A DNA stretch of 64,000 nt, from NCBI GenBank assembly GCA_024137785.1, contig JAHRHZ010000067.1:4311281-4375280 (forward strand). The letters are read 5' to 3'. The position numbers and the translations under genes were made by a program. Below are positions 22,301 through 37,300 of the stretch, piece by piece (position 1 is the stretch's first letter; each line of letters begins with the position of its first letter). The notes under the pieces are model-generated. The model saw only the letters and a list, made by a program, of their open reading frames with translations, made no database searches and was not told the origin of the DNA. This DNA comes from Ginglymostoma cirratum (lineage: Eukaryota).

Positions 22301-25300
22301 TCAATGTCCACCCTCTTAATCCCTTTTAGCATCTTGTATATCTCAGTCAGATCCTCCCCTCATTTTTCTGACGTCCAGCAAGTACAACCCAAGCTATTGA
22401 GCAACACCTCGTACAACATCCTTTCATCCCTGGAATCAACCTCATGAACCTCCTCTGAACTGCCTCCAGTGCCACCACATTCTTCTTCAAGTAAGGAGAC
22501 CAAAACTGGACAGACTATTCAGGTGTATTCTCACTGACATCGTATGTAATTGTAATAATATTTCTTTTCTGAAGTGTTAACAGCAGGAGCTTTATTAAGG
22601 AGATGTTTACTCTACAGGTAGCAGTGTTAGACTAAACGGCTTCCTGCCCAAAATGGCCAATGACATCATTATGACATCTCGTGATTGGATTCTTAAAATG
22701 ACAGTCCACCACACTTGTATAAGTACGGTCCTACAGAGCCAACCTTTTTGGGTTTTTTTTGAAACAGGGTATTCCTGAGGTTTCTTATTTCTTTTAGAGG
22801 CTACACCTCTAGCTCTAAATATTTCCCTCTGTATAGGACGCTCGTTAGTCACGTGTTTCTTCAGGGTGGAGCATGTAGCAAGGTTCTTCTGCACTGTTCA
22901 CCTCTTTCCTTAGGTTTTTTTTTAATGCCTATACCTGCAGAAATGGCATCTTTTGATTTCTTTCTACTTTTTATTGAAGTTCCTCTGAGATCTGCAGTGA
23001 GGGTCACAGTTCTTCATTTTTGATAAATCAGTTGACTAACCAAATGGAAATTGAAGCAGATCCCACTTTCATCACCAGTTTTCTTCTGTTACATTTCAGG
23101 AGGCTGAACTGTTATCGGCAGGAGCTTCGTTGAGGAGATGTTTACTATAGAGGTAGCAAATTTAGACTGAACAGTTTCCTGCCTGAAATGGCCAATAACG
23201 TCATGACCTCTCGTGATTGGACTCTTAAAGTGACAGTCTATCAAGCTTTCAGAATTACATAAATAGGGACACAGAGGAAATGACAGAGGTTGAAAGGCTA
23301 GGATTTTCCATTGTGTCTAATTACAATTGGTGGTACAGAGGCAATTGCTCTCTAACAGTATACTTCCTATAAAAGACCTTTATCCAGGTTGGTTGTCCAT
23401 GTCCCAGTGAAGACAATGTTTCAACGAAGGAGTACTTATAGTAGTTCTTTGCCTGCCTACTCTGGGATTGGTGTTCCCTCTGAGAAGTCATCTGAATTAT
23501 CAGCAGCTCTGGTAGAGATAGTCTCGGGGAGAATAATATGTGGCAGTAAATAAATAGAGCTCTAAGAAAATCTAGATTTTCCTTCAGTAGATCTTTCACT
23601 ATCTGAGCCATTATTCTGCCTCTCCATTAGACTGAGAGTCTCTGGGTGAACCTGTGGAGGAAGTGGCGTGGTGGTGGTAGATTGCGGAGAAGCGTATGGT
23701 TATCAGCAGAGGGATTCCATGTCCATATTTGACTGGATACTGTGAGACTTCAGGAGTTCCAGAGTCAATGCTGAGGACTCCCAGGCAACTCCCTCCGAAA
23801 TGTATCACTATGCCGCCACCTCTACTAGGGCCTGTACTGCTGGTAGAACAAGATATACTCAGGCTTGTTGATGGTGGTGTCTGGGACATTGCATTCCATT
23901 AGTATGATTCTGGCAGGCTGTTTCTAGTCTGTGAGTCAGTTCTCCCAGTTTGTTCTCCAAATGTTTCTAAGGGAGACTTTGGCTGTGTTTGCCATTGTCA
24001 TTTCCAGAGCCTAAGTTGATGTCGGGTGGTCTGTCCAGTTTCATTTGTTCATTGAGATCTTGTAGCATTTGATGCACTGAGTGGCTGAGTAGGTCATATA
24101 TCAGTGGGCAGATAAGAATTAACCACATCACCATTGATTGAGGGTCAATTGTAGGTCTGGTTATCTTCTCTAAGAGGCATTAGTGAGCTAGATATCAGTT
24201 TTTCCAACAATCGATAATGGTTTCATGGCCATTATTTGACTTTTAATTCCAGATTTTAATGGTGGGATTTGAACCTGGATCTCTAGAGCGTTCTGATCAT
24301 TGTTCAAGTCAAGTGTGTTTCCGTTTAATTGTTTGCCACAGGAAAGATGCTGTGAAACTTGAAAGGGTTCAGAAAAGATTACCAAGTATGTTGCCAGGGC
24401 TGGAGGGTTTAAGCTATAGGGAGAGGTTGAATAGACTGGGGCTGTTTTCCCTGGAGTGTCGAGGCTGCGGGGCGACGTTGTAGAGGCTTATGAAATCATG
24501 AGGGGCATGGATTAGGTAAATAGATCTTTCACTATCTGAGCCATTATTCTGCCTCTCCATTAGACTGAGAGTCTCTGGGTGAACCTGTGGAGGAAGTGGG
24601 GTGGTGGTGGTAGATTGCGGAGCTTTTCCCCGGGGTGGGGACTCCAAAACTACAGGGCATTGGTTTAAGGTGAGTGGGGAAAGATTTAAACGAGACCTAA
24701 GGGGCAACTTTTCCACACAGTGGATGGTTTTTCTATGGAATGAGCTGCCAGAGGAAGTGGTGTTGGTTGGTACAATTACAGCATTTAAGAGGCAAAGGAA
24801 TGGGTCTGTGAATAGGAAGGGTTTCAAGGGATATGGGCCAAATGCTGGCAGATGGGACGAGATTTATTTACGATATCTGGTCAACGTGGACAAGTTGGAC
24901 CAAAGGGTCTGTTTCTGTGCTGTATATGACTCTAAAAACACTCAAGCAGTGATTGACAACTTAGTAGAGAGTTAGCTGTAGAATGAATACTGATTATATG
25001 AACCTTCAAAGTTTCTTGTTGTAAACTTAAGTTCAGGTGACCACAACCTCATCCCTTCCTGAATGGGCCACAATTCAAAATGGCCCAAAATGTAGTACAC
25101 ATGCAGCAGGTTATGCTGCAAGAGGCTATAAAGGTGTGGCAGATGAGATGAATAATTCATACTGAAAAGGCTGTGGTTAATATTAATTGCTGTGACAGAG
25201 AGAGTTTTCTTCTCTATGTCTGGCTATGCATTGTGCCATTACTGGATACTCAAAGGATTCTTGGATTTGTCCACATCATGACATCTTTTGCATTGATTAC

Positions 25301-28300
25301 AAAAATAAATCCAGAAGCAAAAGATTCACTGATAACAAAGATGTGCAAAATTCAGTTCGGATCTAAAGCTGATTTTCCTCAGGCTTTAATTTTTGTGCCT
25401 GTTCCTCAATGCTGTCAACTCCTTGCTATTTCAAAAATCTTTCTACTTCCACTTTTAAGTTCTTTCAAATCTAGTCTCCACGGCTCTGTGGGGGAGAGAT
25501 TTCCGGACACTTACTACCCTCAGAAGAAATTCCTTCACGTCTGAATTTTTAATGAATGTCCACTTACTCTGTAACTATATCTCTAGTTTGAGATTCCCAC
25601 ACTAGTGGAGATATCTTATCCATATCTATTCTGTCAACTTGCCTCAGAATCGTGTATCTTTCAATAAACTCACCCCTCATTCTTCTAAACTCGTAAGAAT
25701 AACCTGTTTAGCTATTCTTGATATGTCAACCTCTTTATCTGAGGGACCAGTCTAATAAATCTAAAGGGTTGGTTCTTAAACATTGAAAGTGCTATAATTG
25801 CTGCAAATTTAAAATTCTAACTTGAGTTTTCTGATGAAGTGTTTATAATGAATTTGCCATGTTATAGAAAGAAGAAGTTTTGAAACACAGTTGCTCTGTT
25901 TTCCTTTTTTGTAAAGTTCTAGTTGTATTGTTTTGGTCAGGGATCTGGGGCCTGGAAGAGAAGAAAAACACCAACTGAAAAACACTTTTTATACATGCAC
26001 TGATTTTTCTGAATGAAAAACACTTTTTATACGTGCACTGATTTTTCTCAAAGTTAGTACACAGAGGTTTCCACTTGTCTTTTCTCATCCCATCAAAAAT
26101 ATCCTATTACAAACTTGTAACCATTCAAAATCTAATCATGTAATAATTATAATGTGCTGTTTGTAATGGTCAGATGTAGTATACAAATAAATGTATTATC
26201 CACCAGCCATCTTGTCAACGCACCTGTTACAGCATATTCTTGACTAGGATTTAATTTGCTGGAATGTATACTGCAGATTGCTGGAAGATATATTTAAGTT
26301 TATAGTGCATGCATACAGAATTTTTGCTTGTGCTGACAAAGAAATTAACTTGATTAAAATGTCAAGTGTCCATTATGAATATTAGATTTACTATTGAACA
26401 CATTGGATTTGATTGAGAGTCAATGCTTTATTGACTTTTTTAAATGTATATGCAGGTAGCCGGTCTTCTTTTAAAATGGATGGGTTATAATGTTTTTGTC
26501 CAGAAGTTAAAACTCTTGTGAGATGAAAAGGCAGCTGATCTTCACCTAAACCCATACCTCCTCCACCCAGAACACCAAAACCAAGGGCAAGGAGCTCATG
26601 GACTTTTTTTGTCACAAAAGTCAATACCATCTGTTCAGCTGCCTCTGTTACTTCCCTCCATTTGCTTTATTAACTGGAAAACATATCCTCTAAGGTTCCC
26701 AGTTTCCTTAATCTGAACTTTCATCTTTCTCTAGATTCTCCCTCACCTGCCATTGTGCTTCTTTTGACCTCTCCTTGTCAATGAAGATTCATTTCCTTCC
26801 CTGAACTCCATTCCCTCCAAACTGTTGATCACCTTTCTGTTTCACCTTTCCTGTTGATTAATTTTTCCTGACCCCCATATTAACAGATGTTTTAAACAGT
26901 TCAATCCTTCAAATACTTTTCTACCTCTCTTGAAATATCGAATCAAAACCAGCAAATTACTTATAATGATTTTGCCCCATTCCTGCACCTGCATCCTTAG
27001 GCTATTTCAAAGATTTCTCCAAGACCCCATTCTTGTTCTTAACTGTACACTACTCATTGGAGACCTAATTGGAAAATATTGTCAGTTTCCACATGTTCTC
27101 TGACCTTGAGCCCTATCCCACCACTGCTGTCGACCCTACCAGTGCCTCTGGTTTGTGAAATTGATCTTCTTAAATTTTCTCGTGGGATGTTGGTGTTGCT
27201 GGCTGGCCAGTACCAACTGCCCATCCCTAATTGCCCTTTAGAAGGCAGTGGTGAGCTATCTTCTTGAACCGCTGCAGTTCATATGGCATAGATAGACCCA
27301 CAATGCCCTGGGGGTGTGTGAAATTCCAGGATTTTGACCCGGCAACAGTGATATATTTCCAGGGCAAGGTGATGAGTGATTTGGAGGGAAACTTGCAGGT
27401 GATGGTAGTCCCATGTATCTGCTGCCCTTGTCATTCTAGATGCAAGTAGTCGTGGATTTGGACGGTGCTGGCTAAGGAACTTGTTTAGCATGCAATGTTG
27501 AATAAGAAGAGAATCCCTCCAACCGAATATTGGAAAGGCCAACACCATAGTTTTCTTCTGTCCACAAACTGTATTCCATAGTAATTGTTTCCTTACCCTC
27601 CTTGGGACATATCTGAAACTGAGTTTCAGTTTTAAAGTTTCCACCGTTGTTTTCATATTCCTTCAAGGACGTGCCTTGCTCATTCTTTGAACCTTCACCA
27701 GTCCCACATGGGTATGTGATCTCTGAGCCTTTCTCGCATCTTGTGCATATCTTTGATTTTGATTACTGTAGAATTAGTAATCATGTTTTCAACTCCTTGA
27801 ACCGAGCCTCTGAAATCCACACACTGAACTTCTCCCCTCTGCCCCTACTTCTTTAACATGCTCCTTAAATCCTGCCGACTTTGACACAGCTTTTGGTCAT
27901 CTTTCTGATATCTCCTTCTATGGTGCAATGCCAGCATTGATTGGTAACAGAATTGGGAAGCATCTTGGGATATTTTTTATTTTAAAGGCACCATTTAAAT
28001 GCAAGTTGTTGCCAAACTTGCATATAGGATCGTAGGAAACCAGTTATTTTTTGATGTAACTTATGCATGTTTAAAATTTTTTGATCTTTTGTGCTGGTTC
28101 AGCAGATTGCACCAAAGTCGGGGTAGAAACAAACTGTAACCTTGTTCTTTGTGGTTCATTGTTGAGCTATGAAGGACATCTGCCCAGTACCATAGTGGAG
28201 AAATGTGTAGCAACCTATTAACTATAGTTTAAAACAGTTCCAAAATATTCCCTTTTTGAAGGCAAGATGTAGCCAACCAGATGCGTACAAAATCGAAGGA

Positions 28301-31300
28301 AGATTGTGAGAAGCACTACATGAAACATTTTGTCAACAATCCGCTGTTTTCTTCTACATTACTGAGTTTGAAGCAGCCTGAAGAAACCAAAGACCTTGAT
28401 ACAGCAATCACATTTAGAGGTGAGCATTTGTTAAATTTGAGATACTAGAATTTCAGATCCTAACTGGAAAACAATTCCCCAGTGACTGAACTATGAAAGT
28501 GCATATGGTTACGGGACTTACCGTGATGGTTCAGCTATATTGACCAGGGAGATCTTCAGCTTCTGCTGAGTTAGTGTTTTGTTTTCATAGCCAGTAGAAA
28601 TTAATGCAGTGGCTTTGATGTTTAGGCCATTGAACACAGCTAGTTTGTCGATCTTCTTTGTCACGTGGTGGGGGGATGGGGAATCAAGTCAAGTTTAGAC
28701 TTGTTTGGGCTCAATTGCAATGGCCATTGAGTTGAATAGCTTTTGCTATTCAGTGTCCATCTGTGATCATCATGCATTGAAGTCCTAGTCGTCAAAGAAA
28801 AGCTGCTGGAGGATAATATACAACTGTTCAATACCTTGTAATCTTGTACCAGAATAGGTCTTAGTTAAATGGACTTCTATTGGAGATTTTTTTTAAAAAT
28901 GCAATTTGAAATAAAAGACAAAATGCTGGAAATGTGCAGAAGGTCGATCAACATCTAAAAGGGAAAATTAGATAATTTTTTGGGGGCTGAACCTTCCATC
29001 ATAAAACACTGCTTGGGTTTCCTGGAGCTGGAAAGAATCTTATGTTGCCATCTTCTTGCATTAAGAACTAATTTTTGGTCTTCCACTTCAAATGCAATTC
29101 CACTGCCGTAAAACAGACCTTGCTTTTCCCAATTAATTGCAGCTTGTGATGATCCGCCCAGACCAACGTTTGATTCTGCAGTGTCAAGAGATATGGCAGG
29201 ATATATGCCAGCACGAGCAGACTTTGTTGAAGTAAGTTGTCTGTTCTACTTAGATTGTAGAACAAATTCATGAATCAATTGTTAAAAGATTAGACCAAAT
29301 GTAACCATTTGTAAATAATAGAAAAACAGAAGCAAAACCCAGAGACTGATTTGAATGTGAACAAGTAATTGAGGCACGTGGCATAAATGCATTTAATGGA
29401 TAACACCAGGGTCGAGTCATGGAGATGTACAGCATGGTCTAACTCGTCCATGCAGACCAAATATTCTAAGTAAACTTAGTCCCATTTGTCAGCATTTGGC
29501 TGATACCCCTCTATTCCTAGCAATATCCTATTGATATCCCATTCCAGATGTCTTTTAAATGTTGAAATTGGACCAGCGTCCACCCCCTGCTCTGGCAGCT
29601 CATTCCATCCACACACCATCCTCTGTGTGAAAACGTTGCCCCTTAGGTTCCTTTTAAATCTTTCCCCTATCACCTTAAACCCAGATCCTCTAATTTTGGA
29701 CTCCACTACCCTGGAAAAAAGACCTTGGCTATTCACCCTATTCGTGCCCAACATGTTTTATAAACCTCTGTCAGGTCACCCTTTAGTCTCCTACACTTCA
29801 GGGAAAATAGGCCCAGGCTATTCAGTCTCTCCCTATAGCTCAAATTCTCCAACCCTGGCAATTTCCTTGTAAATCTTTTCTGAACCCTCCCAAGTTTCAC
29901 AACATGTTTCCTGTACTTGCAAAGTTCTCTTGTTTCAATTATGTAAAGCTAGAGGTTTGGAAAAGCTTGTGTCCATAGCAGTGACCTCATCACTGACTAA
30001 AGCCTAATTTAGAGAGACCCAAGATCTCTGAATGTATGTAAACAAACAAAAGCAGAGCAATTATATCCGATTCCTCTGTTCCACAAGATACAAGTAAATT
30101 TCTAAGAGGCAAAAGACTTGAACATGCTTAAACTAGGTGGGATGTGAAGTGAGTAGAATATTTCCATTTTTAAATAAGCTATCCCCTACCTGTGGAGGGC
30201 CTTAAACCATGTTTGGCCCATAGACATCGGTTTTAGTAAGTTGACACCACAGTAGGGTTTGAATATCTTGTAGGAACTTCTTATATATCTTAGTGTAGCC
30301 AGTTTTTCTTTTGGGTGTAGAGGGGGTGGTACTAAAGGAAAGTAAGTTAATAACAAGTATGTGAAAAGTCACATCCGACACATCTCTTAATGGCTGCCGC
30401 CCTGTGACACACTGTTTATGTTATTGAGCTAGTAATCCAGAGGCCTGAACTAATATTCTGAAGAAGTGATTTCATATTGCACCATGACGATGGGCGAATT
30501 TAAATTCAGTTAATTAAATAAATCTGTAAATAAACGCTTGCATCAATAATTCTGAATGTGAAACTAGAAGAGTGTCATAAAAATCGTAATTGATTTACCA
30601 ATGTCTTTAGGCCCGAAACAGGTCTGACTGATAGGTGATCCAAACCTACTGCCTTCTAAAGTGGCTTCGCAAGCTACTCAGTTCACACAGTTACACCTTC
30701 TCAAGCCCAGTTTGGGAGGAGCAGAACTGACAGAGGTCTTGTCAGTGATGCCCACAACCTGAATTAAAAGCATAAATAACAACACAGACAAGTTAGGCCT
30801 ACTTAAAATTATGAGAGAGTTGCTAACTGTTTGTGCTGTATAATTTATATAATGTCATTCTACAAATGACTGATTTTACACAATCACGAAATACTGACTT
30901 TAGTCTTGCAAGTAAAAAGGCTTTCTGTGGTGATGACTATCAACACCCATTGTACTCTTGCATCTTAATAATGTTAGTTTTAAAATAGCTAGAAGTTAAT
31001 TAGAGAGGTTTTGTTTGATTGTTAGCTAGTTGGCTGATTTTGTTTCTGTATTAATACTTAGTTTACACTCAATTTTTTTCCCTCCACTGTCCCCACCAAA
31101 AATGATTTGCTGTTGAGTGCAGTGTAGCATTTTGTCGTACAGCAGTGCCCCATTTTAACATTTGCAGTGCAGTGCTAAATTATGCCAGTATCTTTGATAT
31201 TGACAGTTATAGGGATACGGTTGACACCCAGGGAGACATGCTAGGGTATTGAAGAATCAAGCTAACAGCATTGATCACAAATGCCTGTAGATCATGGAAT

Positions 31301-34300
31301 TATGGATTTACCTTCTTGTATATTTGCTGTTCCGCAGGTTTTTGCAGCTGGCCGGTTGCCTGGAACTGAAAGTTGCAGCAATTACTCTCTGCTTTTCACA
31401 TTACTTTTTTGTTGAAAGATCTAAAAATATTTGAGCAATATTAAAATTAATATTTTTGATACAGGAATTTGACAATTACGCAGAATGGGATTTGAGGGAT
31501 ATTGATTTTGTAGAAGATGACTCTGATATTTTGCATGGTAAGTTCTTTGATTGATAAAATTCTTTCGTTAGCCTTGTAAACCCCATCAAACAGTATTCCT
31601 TCTTGCAAATAGAATCTTCTAATTCTGCTTTGTACAAAGCAAACTGCTAGTTGCTGTCCATTATGATAACATGCTGTTGTAAGGTAGTCATTTTGTCTAA
31701 GTTAGTCCAGAAATCTTTTGTGTTACTGTTGGATTTAATTTGCAGGCCCCCTGTATTACAAACAAAATGTGTATGGTTACTGAAGAATTATGAAAATGGT
31801 GATGTTTCTTTGCATCAGAGCCATTTACTGGTCACCGAGTATAATTTCCCCTTATGGTGATGCAGTGTGATGTAATGCCAATCCAACACATCTGCTTTGT
31901 GACTCCTTATCCTAGAGCATATTGAAATGGCTTTACCCAAAAATGTCTTTAATGAAAACTGCATAGAAGGCAGCATTTCACTGTTGATGTCATCTGTTGG
32001 TTTATTTTGTAATTCAGTGTTTCATTCTTCATCTGATAATTAGATGTTGGTATTTCCTTAGGTAACCCCTGCATCATTTTAATATTTTTTGCACGTTGTT
32101 TGAACAGCTTTGAAACTTGCAGTAGTTGATATCTATTATTCCAGATTAAAAGAGAGACAACGAAGAAAAAAGTAAGTTACTCCTGATTTTTTTAAAATTA
32201 GTTTTCATACGCAGTTCGCTTTTCTGTTTTCTTTTAACTCTGAAAATAAGTTGCTGTTTCATATCCCTCGGTTTATTTCTGATGAAGGGTCTAGGCCCGA
32301 AACGTCAAGCTTTCCTGCTCCTATGATGCTGCTTGGCCTGCTGTGTTCATCCAGCTCCACACCTTGTTATCTCGGATTCTCCAGCATCTGCAGTACCTAT
32401 TATCCCTCATAGGGAAGTCTTGCTAGGTTAGGTTTTCCAGTAATGTAAACATGTAAACTAACCATGATAGTTTACCACAACTGTGGTATAGCCACAGTCT
32501 TCATTATCTACCAAAGCCATTAAATGTTTATAACAGAAACGGAAACAGAGGTCCTTTGACTTAGAATTAATCATTCTAGACAGAAAGATAACAAGCTGTA
32601 AAATTGATTTCTAGTCCATGAAAGCCCGAGTCGACTTTACAGTGTTGACAACAAGAATTTGATGTTTTATCTTTTCATTTTACTGTCTACAGTTAAATCA
32701 CATTTAACATTTTTGAAAAGTAAATTGTTGAGTAATTGGTGGCAGTGTGTTTGTCAAAATGAACAAAACAGCTTGTGCTGCAGTTAACTAATTTTATTTT
32801 TCTACCAGTGTCACCTCCCTATCTATGTCCACCAACTGCTTGCAACCTACTTCTGAATTGCATCATTTAGAAATAAATATGTGGCTTCAGGACATTCCAG
32901 ATTACTTAAGAGCAAATTAAGTGTGTCTGAAATATTGTAATATACATGAAAATATTTGAAGGGATGGCCAACACTGATCAAATGTGATGCACTCTACCTA
33001 TATTGTTCCATCTGGTTTAATGCTTTGTACTGCTGTTTTCTCAATGTGAAATTAGTGCACTTAATTCCTGAACTTCTCCTCCAGTATGCTCAGAACTGAC
33101 ATTTTCAGAGCATCCACATAAACAGTTACGTGGTGTCATTTGGTTTTAACAATAGCCGTATCCTGCTGCATGACATTTAAACATAACATAAACTGATTTC
33201 TGGAGATTATTTTTCCCAAGCAGCAAATTGTATTCTGCTTGAAATTCATGGGACTCAGTTTGGAATGTTGCATGGGATTACTTAATAGCTGTGGAATAGG
33301 CTATCCATTTTCTGTTCAAATCATCAGATGATCTGTCCTCATACCCCACCTCCCCAAGCAGTGTAGTAAAGTTAATATCTCTATACAGCGCCACCTTGCT
33401 ATGTTATAGCTGTAAGAATCTGTATTTCTCCACCCTATGATTCAACACAGCTGCAGAACATTCTAACACTATACAAAGGCCAATTTTCATATAAGGTCGC
33501 TTGTGGTGTATTTGAATTGACTCAAATATCAGTGAAATAGTGAGATTTGTTTACATCCATATTTTCCCACCCTTGTAATCCTTTGTGATGCAGTGTTACT
33601 GTCTTAATGTATTCAGCTTATTTTTAATAGTTATAAATGTTATAAAGGACACTTCCATCATTAAAACCTATGATACTATGTATTCATCTAGAAGTGATCT
33701 GATTTACCCAATAATTTAGAAAATAATTTGTGACAGGAGAATCTTACTCTCTCCACAGAATTTTGAGAGACCACGGCCTGATCAACCTCAGAAAATTTCA
33801 AAGTAAGTATGAACCATGTCTAGTATGCCAAAGGAACGCAAGTTTGTAATGGTACAGGTCTCGCTGGGAGTTGTCATGCAGAACTGAACCTTTTCAAAGG
33901 TTTCCTTCTTCAGACCGTGTAATATAATATTAATTACAGGTGTCTACGCTGTCAGTGCAGAAGCATATCAAGTGTTAGTGATGCACTTACTGCTGCTGCT
34001 AAGTATTTTCTTGCTTCTAGTAGATTGTGATGGATTTAAGTTTTTGAGCCCAACTTGTGAATGCATATTCTATGCAGTGTACTTTGTATTATGTTGCATT
34101 ATTAATTGTACTTAAAGGAATAATTCCATTATTGTGTGGAAAATTAGTGTGCAAATTTGCACTGAAATAAAGTTGTCAAATTTATTGCAGCCTGATCCTT
34201 TTATGCATACCTCTATTTATCCTTTGACCTGATAATTCCTGTAGACATAGACCTGGCAAGAAGGGCTGTAGCTTTAAACATTTGCTTTCAAAGGCCATTT

Positions 34301-37300
34301 TACATGTTTTTGAAGTAAGTAAGGCATATGAAATGTTAGCTTTATAACCAACATGCAAATTCTGTAAAATTGCATTATACTATCTGCTTCTGACTTTTTA
34401 AGTTGCTGCCTTTGCTTTGCATATTTTATTTTGCATCAGCCTGAAGAAATAATAGCAGATTTACTGGAAATGTAAATCTTCAGGACATCAACAAATAGCT
34501 AATCTGTACCTATCTCTCAATTACTTAGATGATTAGCAGCCACTTTATAGTTACTACTAGTGCCACGTGTATGGAACTGAGATTATCATGTCTAAACTAC
34601 TACTGATTACTACTTTAACCGATGTCAGTGAATTGTACCACCAAACTGGTAAAATAGCAGTAATTATTTGCACCATCCAACATTTCAATTAATATTGTAC
34701 AGAAGTGCTTACTATTTTGATGTTGTATCACTTAGAGGGATTGGACTATAACTTTATATGTAACTACCCGATGAATTTACAAAGGTCTCTCTTAAGTCAA
34801 ACTTCCATATTCAAAGCAGTGGGTTTGCAATTTGAAGAACATTTGTAGTTGGTTTTGAAGTAGTCATTCGGATGAGCGTTTTTTTGTAGTCTGTCTGTGT
34901 TCTGTCCTACCTTATCCCACCTGCTGCTGAAATTCTCATCAGTAACTATTCCTATACAGTTTCTGGTCAGCTTTTCATCCTGCACAGTCTGAACAACAGT
35001 TCATTAAAATTTCTACTACCCATATCCTGTGGTACACCAAGGTCCGTTCACCCATCTCTCCTATTTTTGCTGACCTGTATTTTTTTCTCCACGCTCCAAC
35101 ACTTTCAATTAAAATGGCTTTTCTATTCCTAGTTCTGTAGCTTCCGTCAGCCCTAAGACCCCCTCCACCTTACCATTTGTCAGCTGTGTCTTCGGTCCTT
35201 CCCCCAGTTTCCGCTGCCTATCTACCTTCCTTTTCCTTAAAACCCATCACTTTGACCAAGATTTTGGTCACCCCTTCCAGTATCTGATTCTTTGACTTGG
35301 CACTTATTCTGTTTTGACTATGCACTTGAAACACGTTAAGACATTTTTCTATATTAAAGGTGCTGTATAAACATAAATTATTGAGCACGAGCCAATCATT
35401 AGACCACTTTCCCATTTTATCCCGATTTGGTTACATTCATTAATTTAACTCTTCAATAATAAAGTGTGCAAACAGGGAAGCTGAAGCATACACAGATTTT
35501 AGTGGTACTGATGTCAGTAGTAATGAGAGAGGAATACAAGTGTTTGGTAATCAATTGAAATGAGAATTCTTTTTTTTGAAAGCCAGTAATGGTGCTCAAG
35601 CTTTATGTAAGTCGTGTGTTAGGAGAGTGAGTCGCTGAGCTAAAAATGGTTTAGAAGCTATTGTCAATAGAAAGCCAGCACAATACAAATTGGATATCAG
35701 TTTTCTTTTCACATTCCGTCACTGTGATTTTTAGAGTATTTAGTCTTTTGTATATTTTAAAAGTATATATACTTTTAAAAATTAGAAATAAATACATAGC
35801 TGGGTCAGCTGCTGTAAAGAAGAGACAAGGGCTGACATAGGGGTGTGTACCCTTCAGAATGTCATATCCTGTCTTTCTGTTTACAGATGTTGATTGAACA
35901 ATACATAATTAATGTAATTAATACTCACCTAGGTTCCTACTTGGCTTTCGCTCACTCAGTAACAGCAGAAACTGAGATCAGATTAAATTAAAAACAACAA
36001 ACAGATAAATTACAGTTCATTAGCATTGCAATAAGATGAACGTTGCAGTTACACCTCAGTGCAAACCCGATCACTTTCAGGATTCGGTATTGCTCTGCAG
36101 CAATGAATTCAAGTTGCAGGATCCTCTCTACATTGTAACATTTAAGTACCAGAAAAAATCCTAAAACTATCAGAAAATAATGATAAACATATTTAAAATA
36201 AATTGGGAAAATTGTATATAATAGAAAACTGTGTTGAATTTCATTGCCAATTTTAAAAGATTCTAATTGCTTCCCGTGAATTTATTTCCTATCTGATATA
36301 ATTGGAGAATGTCAGTTTATTCATTTAAAGAACTTCGTGCTTTAACATTAGAATTCAAGATTATCTAGTTGACTCAGTATTTAATGAAGTGTAATGTAAA
36401 TATGAGCATATTCAGGTCTGAGTTGAAGAATCTCTTAATGTTATTGTTGGATGGAATAAGAAAGATCCTATTGAGAATGGGAGAGTGAAGTCAAAGAGAG
36501 ACAGTGTTGACTAGAATTAGGGTAAAAATGCATTGATGGGCAAATGGTGGGTTGGGAGAAGTGGGGAGAGAGAGATAGAAAGAGAGAAGGTCCTTTGTGG
36601 GTGGATTGCAACAGTTTCCATATGACCATTGTATGGCAGAGCCTGACATCAATACCTATAGTTCTAAATGTTACCAACCATGTTGCTGCTTGTCTTAGCC
36701 TTGTAGTGAAAATCTTTTGAATAAAGGACATCTGTGAGAAATGGTATCAAGAGCGCAAGACATGTATGATTAGATGTGATAGAAAGAAAACAATTAAAAG
36801 CATTTGAAGCTGAAAAAGGAGATAACAAGGTGTAGAGCTGGTTGAACACGGCAGGCCAAGCAGCATCGGAGGAGCAGGAAAGCTGACGTGTTCATCCAAC
36901 TCTACACCTTGTTATCTCAGATTCCCCAGCATCTGCAGTTCCTACCATCTCTGAAACTGAAAAAAGGCAGAAGCAAAGTTTCTGATTTGTACAGCCAGAG
37001 AAAGAAAAAAAAATAATCTTTAGACAAAGAGAGAGAAGACCGGGGAGAAAGTTACACTAGGAGAAATTAATTTTGTTTATAAATTGCCCTTGATCAGAGT
37101 GAAAAGTCATGAAGTAGTATTAAAAAAATTTTTTGCTTAGTAATAATTCATTCAACAATTAATTTGCTATCTAAACTGCTGACAGTTCACTGAACCCATT
37201 GAAACCCGTTAATGGTATATCACTGCCATGAGTCTCTATCCAGGAAATGCGCCGTTGGAATGTCTAGAAATTATAAGTGCATGACAACAAACAAAAGCAT

